Below are positions 34,001 through 45,799 of a DNA stretch of 53,850 nucleotides, piece by piece (within the stretch, counting starts at the first letter, position 1; every line of letters begins with the position of its first letter). Origin of the DNA: Lama guanicoe (lineage: Eukaryota). The stretch lies in the NCBI GenBank assembly GCA_013239625.1, contig MU053352.1, positions 1,001,079-1,054,928 of the forward strand, written 5' to 3'. The position numbers and the translations under genes were made by a program. The notes beneath the pieces are model-generated. The model saw only the letters and a list, made by a program, of their open reading frames with translations, ran no database searches and was not told where the DNA came from.

Positions 34001-37000
34001 CACAATAATGATGAAAGAGTTTTGAGATATTGTGAGAATTACCAAAATGTGATACAGAGACGTGAAGTGGGCAAATGCTGTTGGACAGTGGTGCCAGTAG
34101 AGTTGCTCAGTGCAGGGTTGCCTCAGACCTTCAATGTATAAAAAAAAAACTCCATAAAATGAGGTATGCCTGTATGTGGCCAAAATGTTGATTTCTCAGG
34201 GAGACTTTTCCTGACTCCTCTTGCTGAAGGGAGTGCCTGCCGGTGTGGCCCCTGGCAGTATCCTGATGTTTCTTTCTGGTACTCAGGACAGTCTGCACTC
34301 TGTTTTTCAGGGAGCTCATGATTATCAGACTCTTGCACCAGGATGGGAGTTCCTTAAAGTCAGGGCGCCCATGTTCTGTGTTCCCTGCTATTTCCAGGCC
34401 CCACATGGCCAGCACTCAGCACAGGTACTGACAGAAGGAATGGCCTTTGTTTTTCAGACGGCTGTGCATCTTGAAGGGCATTTATCCCCATGAACCCAAA
34501 CACAAGAAGAAGGTTAACAAGGGCTCCACGGCAGCCCGAACCTTTTACCTTATTAAAGACATCAAATTCCTCCTCCATGAACCCATTGTCAACAAGTTTC
34601 GGGAATACAAGGTGAGGCCTGGGCTCTGGGGGTCTGGGTGGGGCCCTTCGCTGCTCTGTGCAGCCCCACTAACACTGACCTTGGGCAGATTGTTTAAACT
34701 CTGAGCAAGCCTGTGTGAAGGGTGAGGTAATTCTACCTCAAAGGGATTGACTGAGATCTCAGGTGTGCAGATCATTTCCACGGGACCTGGCCAATGGTTA
34801 ATGTTTCACCTGTCATACTTTCCCCTGGTTCTTTTGGAAAAGAGTAAATTTGTTGCCTCTGAGACAGATTGTGGTCTTTCAGGGGTTCTCTGGTAGTTTT
34901 TCTTTTTTTTTTTTTTTTAAAAAATTTTTTTTTTTTTTAAATGGAGGTGCTGGGGATTGAACCCAGGACCTCACACATGCCAAGCATGTGCTCTACTGCT
35001 GAGCTCTACCCTCTTCCCCCATCTCTGGTGTGTTTTCTGCCCAAAGAAACCCCTCCTATTTGGGTTCTTTTTCCCGAGACCAAGCTTTTCATTTTGCAAA
35101 TAGAAACCGTTAAATGCTTAACTACCACGGGAAAAGTAGATGCCTAATTCTACCAAACCGAATGCAAATGATCGAAGCCTTTGCAGAGAAGCAGGGCCGG
35201 GCTGGGGGGCCTGCTCACCAGAGCCCACTAAGGCGGGTGCCTCTTCTGCTGCTGGGTTTGGCGGCCACTAAACTCACCACGTGGGGAGTGGGCCCCCGTG
35301 GGACTGGCTGCCTCAGAGCTGCTGCTCTGACCCCAACGGAGGTGGCCTCTGAGCCTCTGAAGAGCACTGAGGGCAGGCCTGACCTGCAGCACTCGGAGGG
35401 AGAAAGTCAGTCGGTTTGGAGGACTTTTGGGGCCCCCACCAGCCTCGGCTGCGTTTTCCTGTGTGGCTCAGCCCCACACATGCAGACTGGTGTGAGAACG
35501 AAGGCCCAAGCCCCCGGCTCTGAACTGCCTCACTCCTCAGCTGGAGAATAGGGCTGAAAATGTTATACCTCCATGTAAATAGGTGGAGTCAGCACGACTG
35601 AGTGGGCATCCCTGTCCATCCATCGCTGGGGTGCTGTGGGCGGGCTCGTCTTCAGCCTGGGTCAGGTTTGCTGCTCCTTGGAGTCGGCTGTTGTGCAGAT
35701 CCTGGGCTGGGGGCCGGGTCATACAGGCAGACAGCGTGGTCAGCTGCAAGCGGCCTCGTGTGTCCTCCTGCCCTGGGTATTCTCCTGCACCCAAGAGGGT
35801 CTCGTCCTCTCTTCCAGGTGTTTGTCCGGAAGCTGCGCAAGGCCTATGGGAAGAGTGAGTGGAACACAGTCGAGCGGCTGAAGGACAACAAGCCCAACTA
35901 CAAGCTCGACCACATCGTCAAGGAGCGGTGAGCAGGGGGCTCTGACCTGGTGCTGGGGATTTGGTGGGAATGAGACCAAGACCCCGCTCACAGAGCTGGC
36001 ATCCTCTTGGAGGAAGCAGGCTAAAAGCAAACTGGCAAGTTTTTCTAATGCAATTCCATGTGTGTGCCGTGAGGGATGCCAGCCTTGAAGGGAACTGGAG
36101 GACACACGTCAGTTACAGGCTTGTCAGAGGAGATGTCTCAGAGGGGAGCCATTTGAGCCAGCCAGGGGAAGTGTGGTTCATGCTGTGCAAAGAGCAAGTG
36201 CAAAGGCCCTGTGGTGGGAGAGAGCTGGAGTTCCGGGGTACACATGGGATGCATGATTAGCCCTGGAAGACGTAGCTGGACACCTCTGATCTTAACCTTT
36301 TTCTTGCCCAGCCTTCTCAGCAGTCCCCCTCATTCATCGGCTAAATCAGTGGTTCTTAGCCTGGGGTCATTTTGCCTCCCAAGAGACACCTAGCAATGTC
36401 TAGGGATGTTTCTGTTTCTCATGACTTGGATGGCAGGGGGTCTACTAGTATTTAATGAATAGAAGCCAGAGGTACAGCTAAACACTCTACAGTATAATAG
36501 GACAACCCCTACGGCACAGAAAACCTGGCCCAGTATGTCAGTAGTGGTGAGGTTCAGACACCCTGGACTGCCTAAAATCTCTTGTCTTCTCTTGGGGTCT
36601 GATGGCCTGGGAAACTTAGCTCCAGACTGGATGGATTTGACTCCACCCTGGTCCCCTAGGGCAGCTTCAGCCTTTTCCCAGCTGTCTGTTCAGGAGATGG
36701 TGGTGGCGGGTCCTGACCCAGGGAATGGGGCCTTGGAATGGCTAACAGGCTGGGGCCAGGAGGTCAGAGCCTGGGCTGAGTGACCCCGTGAGTGCTGCCT
36801 TCCTGGCCCCGCAGGTACCCAACATTCATAGATGCCTTGCGGGACCTGGACGATGCCCTCTCCATGTGCTTCCTCTTCTCCACATTCCCACGGACTGGCA
36901 AGTGCCACGTGCACACCATCCAGCTGTGCCGCCGGCTCGCTGTGGAGTTCATGCACTACGTCATCGCTGCCCGTGCCCTGCGCAAGGTGAGCCCGGGGTG

Positions 37001-40000
37001 CCTGGGAGGCCCCAGCCTGCTCCCTGCCCTGCCGCCCGTGTTCTCACCATGCTGTCCCTCCGCCGCAGGTCTTCCTGTCCATCAAAGGCATCTACTACCA
37101 GGCCGAGGTGCTGGGGCAGCCCATTGTGTGGATCACGCCCTATACCTTCTCCCACGATGTGAGTGTGCCCGTGGGGTGCAGGGGGGTGTGGGGGTGCGGG
37201 GCCGGTGCTCCCTCTCTGGTCCCTAGACAGAGATGAGAGAGTGAGGGGGGTGCTTCCTGTCCTGCAGAGAAAGCTGGGCTCCTGAGTGCTGGCCGGAGGG
37301 TGGGGAGTGTGTTGTGCACCATTGTAACAGGAGCCAGAGCCCGCCTGACTCCAGACCTGCTGGCTGGTTGACCTTAGACGTGTTCCTTTACTTCTCTGCG
37401 CCCCAGTTAATAACATGTTTCCATGTTCTAAGCCTTGTCGTGAGGATCTAAGGAAAAAAAGCTTTAGAAGTGCCTGGTGGTTGGCCCTTGGGGTTTGCTG
37501 AGCAAACAGGGAACAGCTGTATCACTGGACTCCTCTGCCCCCCCATTCCCATCCCCGACCCAGGGCTGGGGGCTGCGTGAGATCTGGGGGTGAGCATTGA
37601 GTGGCACTACTTAGGGATACTGCTTCTTATTTATCTTTTTTTCAGACTGTGGCAATATTTGGCCGGATCCATTGAGAGAAATCCAGGGTTGGCCTCTGTA
37701 TGGGGGGTGGTTAGCCTCTAGTCTCCCACAGGGTCCCCGTCAGGCTCCCCTCCTACTTACTATGCTGTGGGTCTGTTTGGCCCCGCTTTCTGCTGAGAGT
37801 TGAGCAGAATCTGGTGCCTCCGGTGGAGAGCAGGTGCACCAGCCTGGCTGGATGGTGGGTTTGCTGGCCAGGGGGTGGGTATCCAGGTTGAGCTGGTGGT
37901 CTGGGGGCCTTGGGACCCTGCCCATTACTCTGGGCTGTTGGGGGCCCGGGCTGGAACCACGTCTTAGTGTGGAGCAGTGGTGATGTTTGGTGGCAGCCTG
38001 CGGTCTCTGTGGGAGAAAGGCGGGTGTGGTCCTCAGCCGCTGGCGTGCCCACTCCCTGGGGTGGGTGTGTGTGCCAGAGCCTGTGCTCTCCCCTTCCCCT
38101 GTCCTCCCTGCCTTCCCTCCTTCCTCTCTGGCCCTCCCTCTCCTTCCTTCTCTTTGATGTCCCACCCCTGCGCTGCTCAGACTGGTCTTTGTCCTCCCGG
38201 GTGGTGAATAGGGCCCTGTGGAAGCCGGCCTCCGCACAGCTGGCCCTGGGGATCAGGGGAAGGGAACAGGCCGCCCCTTCCTCCTTCCTTTCTGGCCAGC
38301 TCACTGCCACTGCTTCCTCTTAGCAGGAGGATGGGGGACCGGTCCTGAGTTGTCGCTGGGGCCCCAATATGCCCCCTCCCCCGGTGCAGCCAGTGCTGGG
38401 CACCCGGCAGCATGACCCAGGCAGGTAGTGGGGGCCAGAGGGCTGCTCAGCACTGTGCTGGGGGGGAGTCGCTGCTCACGTGCTCCTGGGCGTGTTGAAG
38501 GCCCTGGCAGATGCTCGTGTAAGGACTGGGGGTCGTTGGGGGACAGATGGGGCACCTCTCCAGCCCTGCACCCCCACAGCCCAGTTGCTGCCTGATGGCA
38601 GGATGGAGAAACAGCTCAGTGTCACGGGCGCACAGGCACCGAAGGGTTATTGTGAACGTTACCAATTTTGACGTTGCTTGACACATCCTCCTGTCCAGGT
38701 CCCTGGAGTTGGCAGGCCTCCCTGGTTTTGGGGGCGGTGCTGCTTAGGCATCGAGGCACTTTGGTCTCGGTCTCAGATCCTTGCCCTGTTTTGCTTTATC
38801 GTCTCCAAGGTTAAGGACGAGCCCCCCGTGCCTCTTGCTTGCTCTGTGCTTCTGCCCCAAGCAGGCAGCTCTTCTGCCCATTTCTCCAGAGCTCCCTGGG
38901 GCTGAGCCAGGCAGCTGCCCAGCTCATCCCCGGTCCTCGGGTTGTGCCTTTGTCTCTGGCTTGGCCCCAGGGCAGGCTTGCTGGATTCTGAGTGTCTGTG
39001 CCAAGGCTGCTGCCAAGGCTTGTAGGCTCTGAGTGCCGTCCACCCACTGCCCCCACCCAGGCAGATGGACTGTTCCAGGGCTGCCTCTCCCAGCTGGGCC
39101 TCCAGGTGCTTGTGGGCTAGCCCTGGAGGCGACATTATACGAAAATTGTGGGATAAGTAATGGAGGAGGCACTAGCGGCCTCTGGAGGGACAGAAGTCTG
39201 ACTTGCAGATTGAGGGGGAGAGCTGGGGCAGGGGAGTCCTGGAAACATCGTGTCAAGGGCTTCCCTTTTCTAACACCTCTTGTCCCCTTTATGGCATGGG
39301 GATCGGGCTCTGGCCTCCAGGACACCCCTAACCCTTGGGACCGTGTCTAGAGCCTCACTGGTGCCCAGAATACTCCTGGGTGGGGACATGCCACATGGCC
39401 TCTTCCCATGGGCAGAGCTCTGAAGACAGGGCCACCTTGAGTTGGGGGGTCCTGATCCTTGGGCAGGCAGAACCCCCACCCTGCCTGGGTTGTCAGTGCA
39501 GTCTTTGCACCCACACTGCTGATTTGCCTCCTGTGTCCCCAGCACCCAACAGACGTGGACTACAGGGTCATGGCCACCTTCACCGAGTTCTACACGACTC
39601 TGCTGGGCTTCGTCAACTTCCGCCTCTACCAGTCCCTCAACCTGCACTACCCACCCAAGGTAGGCCCGGCCCAGCCCAGCACCTTCTCCTCCCCCAAAGG
39701 GGCCCTGGCCTTTCTCTCCCCACATGGAGGTGGGGGCCGAGGTGGGAGCAGTGGGCATCCTTTTTCTCTGACCTTCCGCCTGCCTCCCAGCTCGAGGGTC
39801 AGCCCCATGCAGAAGCGAAGACCAGTGAGGACACTTATGCTTTGGACTCCGAAAGCTCTATGGAGGTGAGAGAAGCTGTCAGAGCACGGGCCCCGCCTCC
39901 CCCAGAAGGGTGGTTCCTGGTCTGGGGCTGGGAGTGGTCTCAGGGCTGGTCTTTTGAACCCAAACCTGCTGATATCCATCCCAGAACTGTCAGTGCCACC

Positions 40001-43000
40001 CCTGCCCCACCCCATCCATGCCCCCCGACAACCCCCCAACCTGCAAGCAGCAGCCCTGCTTCTTTCCCGCAGAAACTGGCTGCCCTTGGTGCCAGCCTGG
40101 CCCGCGTGGTGGTGCCCACGGAGGAGGAGGCTGAAGTGGATGAGTTTCCTGCCGATGGGGTGAGGACTGTGCTGTCTTTTAGAAGGGGCGCGGAGGCAAA
40201 ATGGGGAGGCATAAGGACTGGGAGTTAAAAGGAAGCTGGAGAGGCTCCAACCTCTGCGTCCAGTGGGGGTGTGGGTGGGGCTGACGGTATGAGCGACCCC
40301 TTGTCGCGGCAGGAGGTGTCGGCGCAGGAGGAGGACCGCAGGAAGGAGCTGGAGGCTCAGGAGAAGCACAAGAAGCTCTTTGAGGGCCTGAAGTTCTTCC
40401 TGAACCGCGAGGTGCCCCGTGAGGCCCTGGCTTTCATCATCAGGTGGGGAGGCTGATGACACTGGCTCTGCCACAGCTTGGGCTAGGTCCCGCTCTGGAC
40501 CAGGCAGCCCTGGGAGCCTGTGGGTAACATCAGGCTGGTGTCAGCATCCACTGCTTAGGGCTGTCGGGAAGATTTGACAGAATGGGCGAGGAAAGTTCTC
40601 AGCCTGTCCCCAGCATGTGGGAAACACTCACGGGAGGGCAGCTGGCATCACTTTCTTACCAGCTCAGGGCAGGAGGTCTCTGCTGGGCCATGGTGGGCAC
40701 CCCATGCCTGAGCGCTCTTGTGGGCTCTCCCTGTGCCTGTAGGAGTTTTGGGGGGAACGTGTCCTGGGACAGATCTCTGTGCATCGGCGCCACCTACGAC
40801 GTCACAGACTCCAGCATCACCCACCAGATTGTCGACCGGCCTGGGCAGCAGACCCCCATCATTGGCAGGTGGGCCCCCGAGGCCCTCGTCTTCCTCCGCT
40901 TGTTTGGGTTTCTGGTTATAGGGGTCTATGTCAAGTTCCCTGCAGATGTGATGACTCTCTGCCTCTGCCCTGTGCCAGGTGCTATGTGCAGCCCCAGTGG
41001 GTGTTCGACTCTGTGAACGCCCGGCTCCTCCTCCCCGTGGCAGACTACTTCCCCGGGGTGCAGCTGCCCCCACACCTCTCGCCCTTTGTGTCAGAGAAGG
41101 AAGGCGATTATGTCCCCCCTGAGAAGCTGAAGTTGCTGGCGCTGCAGCGGGGGGAGCACCCAGGTGAGGGGCCGGGCCGGGGGTAGGGGGCAGTGGGCAG
41201 GTTTCTCCAGGCTGTCCTTGGCCCTGGGCCTCAGCTGGCTGTTTCCCTTCTTGGCTATGAATGTAGAAAGCTCCAGAGAGCAGGACAGCAGGGGCATGAA
41301 GCCCTTTAAACCCACCTCTGGAATAAGGCTTAGGGGGAGGGCCGTTTGTGTTCTATAGTCAGGTGTTCTTGATGTTCGGAGTAGCTCAGCGGAATGGTCT
41401 GGAAGTTTACATAGGAGGCGACAGAGCTCAGGTGTCCAGAGCCTGGAGTTTCCTCTGTGGGGCAGTGCCAGAGGGGCCATGGTTGGGACAGCCCTGCACC
41501 GCCTTTGGACCATCCCTGTGGCCAAAGAGGGTGGTGCCCAGTGCCAGGTGCCAGGTCTCACGCCACGGGGGAAGAGCATCAGTCCTTGGCTGTTTGTAGG
41601 AAATTTGAACGAATCTGAAGAGGAGGAGGATGAAGAGGACAATGAAGGTGATGGTGATGAAGAGGAAGGAAAAGAAGAGGAGGAGGAGGATATGGAGGCT
41701 GGTTCAGAAAAGGAGGAGGAGGCCCGTCTGATGGCCCTGGAGGAGCGGAGGATGGAGGCCCAACAGACAGCCCCAGAGGAGCGGAGGACAGAGGCCCGAC
41801 AGACGGCCCCAGAAGAGCAGAGGACAGAGGGGAAGGTACCGGAGAGTTGACTGGGGTCACAGCCTTGGCAGCAGCCCCCTGGCTGTCTTGGTGCCCATTT
41901 GGGGGTGGAGGGTGGTGGGCAGCCTGCCTCCACGAGTGTCTACCCTGTTTCCCCAGAAGCCCAGGGTGATGGCGGGCACGGTGAAGCTGGAGGACAAGCA
42001 GCGGCTGGCTCAGGAGGAGGAGAGCGAGGCCAAGCGCCTGGCCATCATGATGATGAAGAAGCGGGAGAAGTACCTGTACAACAAGATCATGTTTGGCAAA
42101 AGGCGCAGAATCCGCGAGGTGAGCCTCCCACCTGCCCGAGTTGAGCTTCGAGGCCGCGAGCTCTCCCGGGCAGACTTGGGGCCTCTCTTAACCCTTTTCT
42201 GAGGTTGCTTCCTGGCCCGGCCCAGCGTCTGGGGCCCCCACCCAGGCCCATGTGGGCATCTTGGTGTCAGTGTCCTTCCTGCATCCGGCGCTTTCTGAGT
42301 CTGTGGGGTCCGGGGCCAGAGCCGTTTCAGCAGAGCCAACATGCTTTTATGAAGGAGCGCCTTACAGAAGTGCATACACCTGGAGGGACTACGGGAGGTT
42401 TTGGTTCACCTTCTGTTTCTTTCTCATTCACAAAGCCACATACACTTACTATTTTTCAAAGAGTTTCATGCACACCGGAACTCTAATGGACGGCCTGAAA
42501 GCGACTCAGCTTTGCCCATGGGGTGATCCGTAGTAACAGCCGCCCAGGTTTCTTTTGTGCACGTAATGACATGGACATTATTTGGGGGGTGTGGTGCTGC
42601 ATAGACAAGCAGACCTCCTTGGATTGCGTTTGCTTTACTGCATTTCATAGATACTGTTTTTTAACAAATAGGAGGTGTGGCAGCCCTGTGTTGAGCACGT
42701 CTGTTTAGCGCCATTTTTCCAAGAGCATTTACTCATTTCATGTGTCTGTCACCAGCGACATTGATAATTCTCACATTTCAAACTGTTTCATTATTATGTT
42801 TGTTCTGCTGATCTGTGATCAGTGTTCTTCGATGTCAGTATTGCTAAAAGATCACAACTCATTAAAGGCTCAGATGAAGGTTAGCATTTTTTTTTTTGGC
42901 CATGAAGTATTTTTTGATTAAGATATATGCATTATGTTTTTAGACATAATGCTATTGCACCCTTGATAGTCAACAGTGTAGTATAAACGTAACTTTTAAA

Positions 43001-43782
43001 TGTGCCTGGAGACCGGAAAGTGGCCGAGAAGTTCGGGTGACTGCCTTTATCGCAACCTTCAGTTTGTCGGGGTGAACTGGAACTGAACCTGCAGTATCTC
43101 CAGGGCCTGCCTGCAGGTTGTTTTGCTGTGTGTTTATCATTTAACCGTAGCCTGAACCTCTGTCCACGGCATCTTACAGTGTTCTCTGCTGACAGGGTTA
43201 GGTTGTCTGCCATTTTTAGTCATTCTTAGAAGACACTTAAGCACCTCTCACTTCCATCCAAGTGTCTCTGTAGGGTAGATTCTTAGGAATGTAATCGCCG
43301 GGTTGAAAGGCCTACCTGCTTTGTAATAGATGCTGCCAAACGGCCCTGGGGGAAAGCCTGTTCCAGGTTGACTCCTCCCCAGCAGCTCCTGGTGAAGGTT
43401 GAGTGGCACCCAGCTTTCCCAGGTCAAGGCGTCAGTGGGGCGGTTGCTTCCAGCTCTGGGAGCCTGTGATCCTCCTAACTTGCTGTGGGCCCATAAAATA
43501 CTGAGTTAGAGAGGCAAAAGTGAAGGCATATTTCTTCACCCAAGGTGGTTCAGATTGGTTTGTTTTCCCCCATGGTAGTAATTTGCCTGTTAGCTTTTCT
43601 GGAAGCTTGCGTTTTACGGGGTGGCCTTGAGTGGGAGAAAGGGGGTTGGGTTCCTTCCCTGCCCCATCACAGCTCAGTCCTCCCTTTTCTCCTCACAGGC
43701 CAACAAACTGGCGGAGAAGCGGAAAGCCCATGATGAGGCTGTGAGGTCTGAGAAGAAGGCCAAGAAGGCAAGGCCGGTGTGA
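30761..43782 (+). CDS. PES1: Pescadillo ribosomal biogenesis factor 1 (PeBoW complex, BRCT domain), complete 15-exon CDS, 1833 nt / 610 aa
   Basis: 15 GT-AG exons join in frame, from [48 protein letters not shown] to [27 protein letters not shown], matching mammalian PES1. Confidence 0.98.
31090..31510 (-). mobile_element. L2 fragment in PES1 intron 1
   Basis: CCAGGCCCTGTCCTAGAC...GGTCCCTGC...AGCTCATTTTCTGGTGGGGGAGA...GGCTTTTATTC antisense L2 motifs. Confidence 0.55.
31787..31866 (+). CDS. PES1: PES1 exon 2
   Basis: [27 protein letters not shown]; 80 nt. Confidence 0.96.
32316..34172 (-). mobile_element. Tigger1 (Tc1/mariner-pogo) DNA transposon, internally deleted, in PES1 intron 2
   Basis: TIRs TAGGCAGACCTC...GAGGTATGCCTG flanked by TA on both sides; minus-strand transposase remnants ([39 protein letters not shown]). 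Confidence 0.92.
34458..34611 (+). CDS. PES1: PES1 exon 3
   Basis: [51 protein letters not shown]; 154 nt. Confidence 0.97.
34904..35020 (-). mobile_element. tRNA-derived SINE (camelid-type)
   Basis: Reverse complement of the 3166 element with poly-T tail; degenerate TSD TCTCTGGT...TTTTCT at 34887-34903 / 35022-35038. Confidence 0.88.
35818..35927 (+). CDS. PES1: PES1 exon 4
   Basis: [37 protein letters not shown]; 110 nt. Confidence 0.97.
36347..36565 (+). mobile_element. MER20 (hAT-Charlie), full length
   Basis: CAGTGGTTCTTAGCCTGGGGTCATTTTGCCTCCCAAGAGACA...GAGGTTCAGACACCCTG; 219 bp. Confidence 0.85.
36815..36986 (+). CDS. PES1: PES1 exon 5
   Basis: [57 protein letters not shown]; 172 nt. 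Confidence 0.97.
37069..37158 (+). CDS. PES1: PES1 exon 6
   Basis: [30 protein letters not shown]; 90 nt. Confidence 0.97.
39543..39659 (+). CDS. PES1: PES1 exon 7
   Basis: [39 protein letters not shown]; 117 nt. Confidence 0.97.
39791..39865 (+). CDS. PES1: PES1 exon 8
   Basis: [25 protein letters not shown]; 75 nt. Confidence 0.95.
40073..40159 (+). CDS. PES1: PES1 exon 9
   Basis: [29 protein letters not shown]; 87 nt. Confidence 0.95.
40313..40443 (+). CDS. PES1: PES1 exon 10 (start of BRCT domain)
   Basis: [44 protein letters not shown]; 131 nt. Confidence 0.95.
40743..40868 (+). CDS. PES1: PES1 exon 11 (BRCT)
   Basis: [42 protein letters not shown]; 126 nt. Confidence 0.96.
40979..41163 (+). 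CDS. PES1: PES1 exon 12 (end of BRCT)
   Basis: [61 protein letters not shown]; 185 nt. Confidence 0.96.
41600..41835 (+). CDS. PES1: PES1 exon 13 (acidic tract, with 3x36-bp internal repeat)
   Basis: [79 protein letters not shown]; 236 nt; donor GTACC keeps the frame. Confidence 0.92.
41719..41826 (+). repeat. Coding tandem repeat, 3 x 36 bp
   Basis: Units at 41719-41754, 41755-41790 and 41791-41826; units 2 and 3 are 32/36 identical, units 1 and 2 are 27/36. Confidence 0.92.
41957..42118 (+). CDS. PES1: PES1 exon 14
   Basis: [54 protein letters not shown]; contains the VKLE SUMO consensus; 162 nt. Confidence 0.96.
42606..43113 (+). mobile_element. Short non-autonomous Tigger1 derivative in PES1 intron 14
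   Basis: CAAGCAGACCTC...GGGCCTGCCTG ends; both halves are homologous to the ends of the intron-2 Tigger1 in opposite orientation. Confidence 0.82.
43699..43782 (+). CDS. PES1: PES1 exon 15 (coding part, ends at TGA)
   Basis: [27 protein letters not shown]. Confidence 0.96.
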   Translation, partial: ANKLAEKRKAHDEAVRSEKKAKKARPV

Positions 43783-44165
43783 GTGGCGGCAGCCCCTCAA
43801 TGTGCAGGGCCAGCTCTGGACCAGTGGACTTGGCACAGGCAGGCCAGAGGGCCTAGGCTTGGTGACAGACCAGCGTCTCTTCTGTTTTCATCCTTCTCCT
43901 CCCTCTGCTGGCCTGGCCTCCACTCAGCCTCTGGCTGGGCCTCTGGGCAGCCCCAGCCTCCCTTAGATTGCGCTCCCTGCTGGTGGCTGGGTAAGGAGAG
44001 GCTTCCATACTCAGCCGACTTGATTCTCCCAGGAGTCAGCAACACATTCACCCTGGCTTTCCGCCGGCCCTCCCCCCGCCATTCCCCATACCTACCCCTG
44101 CCGTGGGTTGGAACCATGGCTCTCCCAGTGCTGTGATGGGGGGTGAGGGTGGGGGAGTGTTTGTT

Positions 44166-44171
44166 ATTAAA
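44166..44171 (+). terminator. Probable PES1 polyadenylation signal (ATTAAA)
   Basis: ATTAAA about 385 nt after the stop, followed by GT-rich sequence (TCTGTGTCCGTGAGTTTT). Confidence 0.65.
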
Positions 44172-45799
44172 CGGCTTGAGTTTTGCAGCCAATTGAATTC
44201 TGTGTCCGTGAGTTTTCCTGGGGTTGGCAAGAAGGGCCACCTACTACCCTGTGCTCTAGGCTGGCCAGCCTTCGGTATTCACTGAGAGGTGCTGGTCACT
44301 GCTCAGAGCTTTCTGGATGTCCATGGACCACTGTGGGTCCAGAGTTGCCAGAAGGTAGGCACACATTTCAACCCAGATACTTTTGCTCTGTTAACCTCCT
44401 TCATTGTGTGTAAGTTAAGTGTAGAAGTTCTGGAGACTTTCTCTCAGGGATGTGTGGAGGGTTCAATGATAATGTTACAGAGACTCACTAGTGTCAGGTG
44501 TCTAGAGGGAAAAGTACTCAGGAAATGCTGTGATTGTCATCACTTCCTGTTGGAGTCAATCCAGGAGGTAAAAGCCAGTGTCTGAAGGGTCTGTGGGGCC
44601 TGAGTTGAAGGTTCCTAGCTTTACCTTGTGGGCTTATGGACAAAACTGCCAAGCACCCCCAACGTGGGCTTTGTCAGCAGGCTGCCTTGAAACCCTGTCT
44701 GGGCCATCCTTACAGCTTCCCACCTGGCCCTGGTGGTTCCCTTGCAGAGGCCCAGGGGGACATGCTTTTGCTTGGACTGCCAGTTCCTCGTGGCAGAGTG
44801 AGGGCTGAAATCTGGAGCTTGGAATGGTTCTGCAACCTCTCCCAGGTCCAGTAGGGAGTTTCTAAATAGCACCCCCAGGGCACCCCTGTGGATTGAGTGC
44901 TGTCAGGAGCAGAGGCTGGGTGGGGAAGGATGGGTTTGGAGCTGGACTTCACTAGGTACATGAGGGCCTTGGCCTCCCCACCCCCTCACTCTGTAGAAGT
45001 GTCCAGGCTCTACAGAAGTTTTTTGGGCAGTGTCTTCAGGACCATCCTGTGCAGGGGGAAGGCAGGCGCTTGGTCAGGCTCTCTGGCTGAGGGAGCAGAG
45101 AACCCAGGGCCCTTGTCTTGCTGGGCCTCACTGTGGGTGAGAGATGTGTTCCACTTTGACACACTTCATGATTGTCGGGGGAGGGAGCAGGTTCCTTCTA
45201 GGGCCTCTGGAGTCTGCAGTCCTGGGGGATGACTTGGGCCTGGGTGCATGTGCATTGCAGGGCCATGGCAGGGGTGCCAGAGAAAGGCTGGAGAGCAGGC
45301 CCATCAGATATGGAAAAATCCCTGGCAGCCATGCTGATGTGGAATTTTCCCCATTCCAGAGTCGCCCAGTAATGGCGGGGGCAGTGGGGCTCTGACGTGG
45401 CTTATGCCCCTCTGGGTGGCCAGCTGGTTTTGCACTGCCCACAGCTGGAGCTGAGCATTCCCAGCTCCAGGCCGTTATTAGTCCCCATCCTTGGTCCTGC
45501 TCCTCTGAGGGTGAAGGAGGGAAGCTGGGGACTGGGAAAAGGTGGATCCTGAATGGGGCACCTGCATCCTGATGGCCCTGTGCTCAGCCCTGATGGGCAC
45601 CCTGGAGGGGCGGGGTCAGCCGAGACCTCTCAGGGATGTGACCAGCCCCTACTCTCATCAACATTGCAGACGCCAAAAACGTGTGTCTGCACTTTGCGCG
45701 GCCTTTAGAGCCGGAGGCCATACTTCCACTGAATGAAAGTTAAGCAACTGTCTAGCCTCCTCCCTTTTTCCCAGAGCTGGGCTGCCCTCACCACCACCA

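Noticed and set aside
39335..40474. 297-aa plus and 275-aa minus ORFs
   Set aside because: Read-through of GC-rich PES1 introns and exons 7-10 or their antisense strand; explained by the spliced PES1 model.
41719..41826. 36-bp periodicity resembling a CRISPR array
   Set aside because: Contiguous coding tandem repeat without spacers in a eukaryotic gene.
41091..41933. 280-aa Ser-rich minus-strand ORF
   Set aside because: Antisense shadow of the Glu-rich PES1 exon 13.
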